Assembly: GCA_963758635.1 (NCBI GenBank)
Contig: CAVWWD010000005.1
Span: 384,001-448,000 of the forward strand
DNA length: 64,000 nucleotides
Reading direction: 5' to 3'
Origin: an uncultured Candidatus Rokubacteria bacterium
GTDB taxonomy: Bacteria > Methylomirabilota > Methylomirabilia > Rokubacteriales > CSP1-6
Shown here: in pieces, positions 56,780 through 64,000 of the stretch
Position numbering within the stretch: position 1 is the first letter of the stretch
Layout of the letters: each line of letters opens with the position of its first letter
The notes under the pieces: generated by a model
What the model saw: only the letters and a program-made list of their open reading frames with translations
Databases searched by the model: none
What the model was told of the DNA's origin: nothing
Made by a program: the position numbers and the translations under genes

Positions 56780-58293
56780 GCCGTCTCCCGGGCGCGCGCC
56801 GCCGCCGCGGCGCGCCACCGGCGCCGGAGCGGCGCGATCGCCGGCAGCGCGAAGAACAGCACGGCCACCGCGCTGATGACGGCCGAGATGGGCCGCGTGA
56901 AGAAGATCGCGAGCGAGCCCTGCGACATGATCAGGCTCTGCCGGAGCGCGTTCTCGGCGAGGTCGCCGAGGACGAGGGCGAGGACCAGCGGGGCGAGCGG
57001 GTAGTCGAGCTTCTTGAAGGCATAGCCGATGACCCCGAAGATCAGCATGTACCACACGTCGATCATGGCGTTGTGCACGGAGTAGGCGCCGATCGCGCAC
57101 ACGCACACGATGAGCGGCGTGAGGATGGCGAAGGGGATGCGCAGGATCGCCGCGAACAGCGGCACGAACGCCAGCACCATGACCACGCCGATCACGTTGC
57201 CGGTGTACATGCTCGCGATCAGGCCCCACACGAAGTCCGGCCGCTCCTTGAAGAGCATGGGGCCGGGCTGGAGTCCCCAGATGATGAGCCCGCCGAGCAT
57301 GACGGCGGCGGTCGGCGACCCGGGGATACCCAGCGTGATCATCGGCAGGAGCGCGGCGCCCCCCGCGGCGTGCGCTGCCGTCTCCGGGGCGATCACGCCC
57401 TCGATCTCGCCCTTCCCGAAGCGCTCCGGGTTGCGCGAGAAGCGCTTGGCGAACGCATAGCTCATGAACGACGCGGGGGTGGCGCCGCCCGGCTTGAAGC
57501 CCATCCAGAAGCCGATGACCGAGCTGCGGATGAAGGTGCGGTAGTAGCGCGGCAGCGTCTTCCACGTCTGCCAGACCACCCGGGGGTTGATCCGCGCCTT
57601 CGCGCCGCGGAAGGACAGCCCCTCCTCCACCGTCAGCAGCATCTCGCCGATCCCGAACAGCCCGATGACGGCCACGATGAAATCGAAGCCCTTCATGAGA
57701 TCGGTGAAGCCGAAGGTGAGCCGCAGGCTGCCGGTGACGATGTCGAGGCCCACCGAGGCCAGGAGGAAGCCGAGGAGGATCGACACGAGCGACTTGACGG
57801 CGTTGCCGCCACCCAACCCGATGAACGACGAGAAGGTCAGGAGCTGGATGGCGAAGAACTCCGGCGGCCCGAACTTGAGCGCGACCTCCGCGAGCAGCGG
57901 CGCGAACAGCGTGATGAGCACCACCGAGAAGAGCGCGCCCACGAACGACGAGGTGAAGGCGGCGGTGAGGGCCTGCCCGCCCTCGCCCTGGCGCGCCATC
58001 GGATAGCCGTCGAAGGTGGTCGCCACCGACCACGGCTCGCCCGGGATGTTGAACAGGATCGAGGTGATCGCGCCCCCGAACAGCGCGCCCCAGTACACGC
58101 TGGTCAGCAGGATGATCGCGGAGGTCGGCGGCATCGTGAACGTGAGCGGAAGCAGGATCGCGACGCCGTTGGCTCCGCCGAGGCCGGGGAGGACGCCGAT
58201 CACCGTTCCCAGCGTCACGCCGATGATCGCGACGCCGAGGTTGAACGGCTGAAAGGCGATCTGGAGTCCGAGCAGCAGGTTCTCGACGCCCAA
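56776..58293 (-). CDS. tctA: Tripartite tricarboxylate transporter TctA
   Basis: GVLPGLG, NIPGEP, TFDGYPMA, LGIPGS, QPGPMLF. Confidence 0.93.
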   Translation of the reverse strand: MGVENLLLGLQIAFQPFNLGVAIIGVTLGTVIGVLPGLGGANGVAILLPLTFTMPPTSAIILLTSVYWGALFGGAITSILFNIPGEPWSVATTFDGYPMARQGEGGQALTAAFTSSFVGALFSVVLITLFAPLLAEVALKFGPPEFFAIQLLTFSSFIGLGGGNAVKSLVSILLGFLLASVGLDIVTGSLRLTFGFTDLMKGFDFIVAVIGLFGIGEMLLTVEEGLSFRGAKARINPRVVWQTWKTLPRYYRTFIRSSVIGFWMGFKPGGATPASFMSYAFAKRFSRNPERFGKGEIEGVIAPETAAHAAGGAALLPMITLGIPGSPTAAVMLGGLIIWGLQPGPMLFKERPDFVWGLIASMYTGNVIGVVMVLAFVPLFAAILRIPFAILTPLIVCVCAIGAYSVHNAMIDVWYMLIFGVIGYAFKKLDYPLAPLVLALVLGDLAENALRQSLIMSQGSLAIFFTRPISAVISAVAVLFFALPAIAPLRRRWRAAAAARARETA

Positions 58294-58301
58294 ACTTATC
58301 G

Positions 58302-58341
58302 CCCCTCACCCCTGCCCCTCTCCCCTCGCGGGGAGAGGGGT
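58302..58341. repeat. REP-like palindrome
   Basis: cccctcacccctgcccctctcccctcgcggggagagggg; stem cccctctcccc/ggggagagggg. Confidence 0.7.
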
Positions 58342-58360
58342 GCGGAGCGATGCGCCGGGC

Positions 58361-58822
58361 CTAGTAACCGAGCCACGTCTCGAGGGGGCCCTTGGGCATC
58401 GGGACCAGGAACCACTTCTCGAACACGACGAAGGTGATCACGGAGAACGCCATGCCCGTGAGCAGCGTCGCCGGCCACGAGTGGCGGCCGATCCAGCGCA
58501 TGTAGAAGCCCATGTAGAGCGGGGCGGCCACGTAGAGGCCGATCGCCTGCACGAGCACCACGAAGGCGGCGGCGGGCAGCGCCATCTTGAGCACGGGGCC
58601 CAGCGCTTCTCGCCGGACGAACGGCCCGCCCCGCGGGTGGGACAGCGTCTGCGCGGCGATCACCCCCGCGGACAGGAGCAGCAGCACGGCGAGCCAGAAG
58701 GGGAAGAACCCGCTCTGCGGCCCGTCGGAGCCCCACCCCATGCCGAGCCGGAGCGAGTCGACGATGACCAGGATGCCGATGGCGGCCAGCCCAACCACGG
58801 TGATGAGATCGGCGACGCGCAT
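58361..58822 (-). CDS. tctB: Tripartite tricarboxylate transporter TctB
   Basis: Four TM segments, GPQSGFFP, VPMPKG. Confidence 0.88.
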   Translation of the reverse strand: MRVADLITVVGLAAIGILVIVDSLRLGMGWGSDGPQSGFFPFWLAVLLLLSAGVIAAQTLSHPRGGPFVRREALGPVLKMALPAAAFVVLVQAIGLYVAAPLYMGFYMRWIGRHSWPATLLTGMAFSVITFVVFEKWFLVPMPKGPLETWLGY

Positions 58823-58835
58823 CGGCCGCGCCGGG

Positions 58836-59832
58836 CTACTTCTTGAGGAGCCCGCCCTTGGCCATCAGGTCACGGTGCAGCTGGTCGGTCCCCTCCAGCC
58901 ACTTCACGTAGTCGGGGCCGGTGAGCCACGACGGCTTGAGCGCCCCCTTCGACAGGTAGTCCTTGAACTCCGGCGGAGTCGTACACCTTGCGGAGGAAGC
59001 CCTGGAACCACTCCACCGCGTCCTTGGGCATGTCGGGCGCGCCGAAGATGCCGCGCAGCATCAGGTAGTGGATGTCCGTGCCGAGGGCTTCCTTCACCGT
59101 GGGGACGTCCTTCCAGTCCGGGTCGGCGATGCGCGCGGTGTCGAACACGGCGAGCGGGCGCACGCGCCCGGCCTTCCAGTGGCTCACGCACTCGATCGGG
59201 TTGTTCACCGTGGAGTCGATGTGCTTGCCGACCAGGTTCACGCAGACCTCGCCGCCGCCCTTGAACGGCACGTAGGTGAACTTGGCCCCTTCCGCCTGCT
59301 CGAGCTGGATGGTGATGATCTGGTCTTCCTGGGCCGAGCCGGTGCCGCCCATCTTCATGGCACCGGACTTCTCCTTGGCCGCGGCCAGGTACTCGCGCGC
59401 GGTCTTGTAGGGCGTCTCGGCGTTCACCCACAGGATGAACTGGTCGAGGGCCAGGCGCGCCACCGGCGTGAGGTCCTTCCACGCGAACGGCACCCCGGTG
59501 TGCAGCGGGGTCGTGAACAGGTTGGACAGCGTGATGATGATCGTGTGGGCGTCGCCCTTCTTGCCCTTGACGTGCAGGAAGCCCTCCGCGCCGGCGCCCC
59601 CCGACTTGTTGACCACGATGATCGGACGCGGGGAGAGCTTGTTCTTCTCGGCAATCCCCGCGATGAGCCGCGCCATCTGGTCGGCGCCGCCCCCCGTGCC
59701 CGCGGGGATCACGAACTCGATCGGTTTGGTGGGTTCCCAGGCCGCCTCGGCCACGAGCGGACTCGCCAGCATCGAGCCGGCGAGGACGAGGACGGCGAGG
59801 AGGACGGTGAAGAGTCGGCGTTGACGTGTCAT
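58836..59832 (-). CDS. tctC: TTT substrate-binding protein TctC/Bug (frameshift near 58975)
   Basis: Signal peptide, PAGTGGGAD, NKSGGAG, VPFKGGG; ends GGLLKK at stop 58836. Confidence 0.9.
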
Positions 59833-59982
59833 GTCATGCCCTCCGTTCGTGTCGAGACGAGTTTCCGGGGGACCACGACAGCCCAGCCGATGGCCGACTC
59901 ACGGAGAGCCGACTGAAGCGCCACGACCGCAGAGGGTCGTGGCCGGGCCCCCGCGGATCGGGGACCCGGCCGGTCCGTACGG

Positions 59983-61003
59983 CTACGGGGCGGGCACCGC
60001 CGGGCGCTTCTCCTTCCAGAACGGCACCACTCCCGGGATCTCCCACTTGTCCCACATCTCGTCGACCTTCGACTGGAAGTACTCCAGGTCCTCTTCGATG
60101 AAGTGCGCGAACCGGCCCTGCTTCAAGAGGTACTCGCGCACCGGCTTGCGGGGACGGCCGTCGGCGATGGCCTTCGACTTGCCGTAGTGCCGCACCACGC
60201 CGTCCTCGACCTCGTAGAGCGGGAAGATCCCCGTCTCCACCGCCAGCTCGCCGAGCTCGTGGGAGAGCATGGGGTCGTAGTCCCAGCCCTTCGGGCACGG
60301 GTCCAGCGAGTGGATGAAGGTGGGCCCGCCGATGCTGAGGGCCTTGCGGACCTTGTTCATCATCTCCACCGCGTAGGACGCGTCGACGGTGGCGACGTAG
60401 CGGCACTCGGGGTGTCCGGCCGCGAGCATCCCCGCCATGTTCTTCTTCCAGCGGGTGTGGATGATGCGCTTGACGGTGCCCGGAGGGCTGAAGGTGGTGT
60501 TGGCGCCGTAGGGGGTGGAGCCCGAGAGCTGGATGTCGGTGTTGGCGTAGGACTCGTTGTCGTACATCAGGATCAGCGAGTTGTACTCGCGGTGCGTCAG
60601 CGTCGCCGAGATGGCGCCGAGCCCCATGTCCGCGCCGCCGCCGTCGCCGCAGAACGCGATGACGTTGATCGGCTCGGACTTCATCTTGCCCTTCTTCATG
60701 AGGGCCTTGAGCCCGGCCGCGGTGCCGAGGGCCGCGGAGCCCGACGAGCCGAGCTGGGTGTGCATCCACGGCACCACCCATGGCGTGGTGTAGTACGTGG
60801 TGTTGGCCACGTACATGCAGCCGGTGGCGCCGAGCACGATGGTGCGCGGGCCGGCCGCCTTCACCATGAGCTTCATCACCAGCGCCGACTCGCAGCCCTG
60901 ACAGGTGCGGTGGCCGGAGGTGAAGTACTCCTCGATCGTGACTCTCTTGACGCCCCGGAAGGGCGTGAGCACCTGCGTCGCGTTCGTGAAGGTTCTCGGC
61001 CAT
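59983..61003 (-). CDS. Oxalate-oxidoreductase-like 2-oxoacid:ferredoxin oxidoreductase beta (TPP-binding) subunit (indel near the N-terminus)
   Basis: GHRTCQGC, GCMYVANT, GDGG, YDNESYANT, TPYGANTTF, PCPKGW. Confidence 0.85.
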
Positions 61004-61036
61004 GGGTCCTGTATATGCTCTCTCGCTCGGGCTCGC

Positions 61037-62270
61037 CTATTCCCGCACGCCGAGCCACGTGGTCTTGAGCGGGGACTTGCCCGTCTTCGCCGCCTCGTAG
61101 CAGATGTCGGTCGCCTTGTAGACGTCCTCCAGCGTCACCTCGCGGCCGCCGAGGCCGCAAATGAAGGACACGAGCGGCGGCCGACGGTCGGCATTGTACA
61201 GCGCCGCGCGGACCTCGTTGGCGACCACCCCGGAACCGAAGGGCGACCCGAACGAGTAGTCCCGGTCGATGATCCCCACCGCCTTGGCTCCCTGCAGAGC
61301 CGTCACCATCCGCTCCGTCGGGAACGGCCGGAACCAGCGGGGCCGGATCAGGCCGACCTTCTTGCCCTGGGCGCGCATGTTTCGGATGCCGACCTTGAAC
61401 GGCAAGGAGATCGTTCCCATGCCCATCAGGATGACGTCGGCGTCCTCGGTCATGTACTCCTCGAACCACGGGTTCTCGGGCCCGCGGCCGAACACGCGCC
61501 GAAAGTCCGCGTACGCCTCGTCGATGACGGTGTAGGCGCGCGTCATCGCCTCGTTGTTCTGCCGGCGGATCTCGATGACCCAGTCCTCGTTGGCCTGCGG
61601 CGCCACCGTGATCGGGTTGTCGGGATGGAGCTGGAGGTCGCCGCGGTCGTAGCGCGGCAGGAAGCGATCGACCTTGGCCTGGGTCGGCACCTGCACGATG
61701 GTCTGCGAGTGGGTGAGGAACGCCCCGTCCGCGGAGATGGCGATCGGGAGGAAGACCCGCCGGTCCTCGGCGATGCGGTACGCGAGGAGCGTCGTGTCGA
61801 GCATCTCCTGCGCGGTGTCCACCCAGATGAGCAGCCAGCCGAGGTCGCGCACCACGAGGGCGTCGTTGTGCTCGACGCCGAAGGCCCCGGGATCGTCCAG
61901 CGCCCGGTTGCCGACCATGCAGACCATGGGCACCCGCAGCGGCGGGGTGACGGTCAAACACTCCATCGCGTACATCCAGCCCACGCCGGAGGAGCCGCAG
62001 AAGACGCGCGCGCCCACCGTGGAGGCGTGCTTGACGATCTCGAACTGGCTGTGCTCGCCCTCGGCCACGATGTACTCGGCCACCAGCTTGCCGTTCGCGA
62101 TCTTCTTGGCGATGGCCTGCATCACGGTGTCGTAGGGACGGATCGGATACGCGGTGACGACGTCGCAGGTCGGCGAGGGTCAGCGCTTCCGCGCAGGCCT
62201 CGCTGCCGGAGATGAGCATCTCCGTGTCGTCGGTGGCTGCCGCTTTCCCTTGCGTGGTCTCGACGGCCAT
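61037..62270 (-). CDS. Oxalate-oxidoreductase-like alpha subunit (frameshift near 62170)
   Basis: AYPIRPY (Arg where PFOR has YPITP), EGEHSQ, NRALDDPGAFGVEHND, GLGGRE. Confidence 0.85.
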
Positions 62271-62283
62271 GTCGGGTTGCCTC

Positions 62284-63546
62284 CTATGCGCCGGGCGCCT
62301 CGGGGACGCCGGTCACGATCGACGACGCGGGGTCGCTTGCCGTCTTCTTGAGCCGGGCGTTCTCCCCGGGAATCCCGTCCGTGATCTCGATGCCGCCCGT
62401 GTCGCGCTCCGCGACCAGCTCCTTCTCGTACTGGCCGCGGAAGCGGAAGCCGTGGGAGCGCACCACGTGGGCCGTGCTGGTGATCTTGTCGGTCATCCAC
62501 GTCTTGTAGCCGTCCTTGTTCTGCCGCCACATCTCCCACTGGCTCGCGTTGTCCTCGAAGGCCGCCTCGTTGACCATCGTGACGCAGTCCTTGGCCGGGC
62601 ACACCGCCTCGCACACGCCGCAGCCGCAGCACGACTCCATGTTCGCGTCGTAGAGGCCGTCGGGCGTCACGTCGAAGCAGGAGTCCGGGCACTGGAGCCA
62701 GCAGAGCGTGCACTTCACGCACTTGTCGAAGTCGATCACCGGCCGCATGGTCCGCGTCGTGAACTTCTTGAAGTACGGGTTGCGCTCGGGCACGTACCCG
62801 CCGCCGCCCTCCATGGGCTTGCCCAGGGGGATGGCCGGGATCGTCACGCCTTCGCGCATCTCCCACCACTTCGGCTTCTCGAACGAGAACGGAGTCTCCG
62901 GGTTGCCCTCGGTGGGCTTCACGGCACGCGTTTCGAGCCGCTCATAGGCCTTGCGCGCCGAGGCGACCTTGAGCTCCGTGCCCCACTCCGCCTCCGTGAT
63001 GGCCTGGCACACGGCGTCGAGCGACAGGAACTGGGGCTCGATCTTCGCCAGGGCGCCCAGGATGCGGGCCTCGGTGTGGTCCTCCTTGAAGACCCAGAGA
63101 CCCGAGAAGGACGCCTTGGCCCGGATCAGCGCCATGTTGTACGGCGCGTCCTTCTTGTGGATGTCCTTCAGCAGGGCCTCGGGGCTCTGGAGCGACGTCA
63201 GGAGGAGCGTCCCGTTGGGGAGCGTGAGCTGGTTGATCGGCTGCAGCCCGTACCACGCCCAGGACTCGACGCCCTTGCCGAGGGTGTCGTCGACGCAAAT
63301 GGTCACGTCGACTTCCTTGGGCTCGTAGCGCGCCATGTTCTGCTCGAGCTCTTCCTGCGTGTCGGCCACGATGGCGAAGTCCTTGGCCGGGATGCCGTTG
63401 CGCTGCGGGCTGTCGCCGTACCGCCCGAACGCGATCCCCCAGCGACCGGCCTTGCGCGCGGAGAGCACGATTCCGCGACAGATGCGCGCGGCAAGGTTCT
63501 TCTGGAAGATGCCGCGGTAGACGACCTCGCACGTGAAGTGAGCCAT
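62284..63546 (-). CDS. Oxalate-oxidoreductase-like fused gamma/delta subunit with two [4Fe-4S] clusters
   Basis: ATG 63546 with RBS; RYGDSPQRNG; CVKCTLCWLQCP and CCGCGVCEAVCP. Confidence 0.85.
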   Translation of the reverse strand: MAHFTCEVVYRGIFQKNLAARICRGIVLSARKAGRWGIAFGRYGDSPQRNGIPAKDFAIVADTQEELEQNMARYEPKEVDVTICVDDTLGKGVESWAWYGLQPINQLTLPNGTLLLTSLQSPEALLKDIHKKDAPYNMALIRAKASFSGLWVFKEDHTEARILGALAKIEPQFLSLDAVCQAITEAEWGTELKVASARKAYERLETRAVKPTEGNPETPFSFEKPKWWEMREGVTIPAIPLGKPMEGGGGYVPERNPYFKKFTTRTMRPVIDFDKCVKCTLCWLQCPDSCFDVTPDGLYDANMESCCGCGVCEAVCPAKDCVTMVNEAAFEDNASQWEMWRQNKDGYKTWMTDKITSTAHVVRSHGFRFRGQYEKELVAERDTGGIEITDGIPGENARLKKTASDPASSIVTGVPEAPGA

Positions 63547-63590
63547 GCGTCCTTCCTCCCTCGAATCGGCTGGAAAGCTGGTGCGGTCGG

Positions 63591-63632
63591 CTGGTCGGAC
63601 CAGACTATGCCAGCGGGTGAAGTCGGTGTCAA
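63591..63632 (-). promoter_or_regulatory. Promoter of the oxidoreductase operon with a FadR-type operator
   Basis: TTGACA-17 nt-CATAGT immediately followed by palindrome CTGGTC-C-GACCAG (63591-63603). Confidence 0.7.
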
Positions 63633-63750
63633 GCACCCGTAACAATCAGGTGCGACGCACACATAGCACGCATCGGGCTCCCGGCCTGGCCACCGTTCCG
63701 CGTGCTATAGTGAGCGCCGTCCGTCACGTCGGAATCCGGCAGGGAGAACC

Positions 63751-64000
63751 ATGAGCGACATACAGCGGAGACGCACCGTCACGGTCGACGTGGCGGGCGT
63801 GCGCGTCGGAAGCGAAACCCCGATCGTGGTCCAGTCCATGACCAACACCGATACCGCCGACGTCGACGGCACCTCCGCCCAGGTGCGCGCCCTCGCCGAG
63901 GCGGGCAGCGAGCTCGTCCGGGTCACCGTGAACAACGACGCGGCGGCCGCCGCGGTGCCGGCCATCGTGTCGCAGGTCGACGTGCCCGTGATCGGCGACT
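63751..64000 (+). CDS. ispG: HMBPP synthase IspG (runs off right edge)
   Basis: Manual translation: [17 protein letters not shown]...[18 protein letters not shown] and TGcTATAGT extended -10 upstream. Confidence 0.92.
   Translation, partial: MSDIQRRRTVTVDVAGVRVGSETPIVVQSMTNTDTADVDGTSAQVRALAEAGSELVRVTVNNDAAAAAVPAIVSQVDVPVIGD

Overview
Very GC-rich bacterial chromosomal window with nearly all genes on the minus strand. Gene content, GC level and repeat-filled intergenic spaces suggest a Rokubacteria/Methylomirabilota-like organism (inference only). Many essential genes carry single-base frameshifts, most likely uncorrected long-read indels. Left to right: a truncated FkbH-like/degenerate carrier protein/GT-A glycosyltransferase-like fusion gene behind a sigma54-type promoter; moaA, Rieske ferredoxin, radical SAM gene; yjbQ; tRNA-Leu/Cys/Gly; galT, gpsA, plsY, pgsA, comB, argGFDB; hslUV, xerC, topA, dprA; a CpoB-like remnant; a YeeE/YedE transporter; moeA; an alternative-complex-III-like cluster (actB-C-D-E-F, no actA); a heme operon (ccsA-hemACDB...hemL) enclosing an Rrf2-cysK-sulfur carrier-JAMM protease module; fdhD/fdhE; truA, asd, leuBA, pssA, psd, ilvCNB; a DapA-family gene; ppdK; an operon of oxalate-oxidoreductase-like delta/alpha/beta subunits, a TTT transporter and a FadR regulator with a palindromic operator; and the start of ispG. 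Three dispersed short repeat families, two local tandem arrays and one REP-like palindrome occupy intergenic spaces. Best candidates for new biology: the OOR-like/TTT/FadR unit, the FkbH-carrier-glycosyltransferase fusion, the tailed sulfur carrier beside its JAMM protease, the actA-less ACIII, and the stop-codon-associated repeats.
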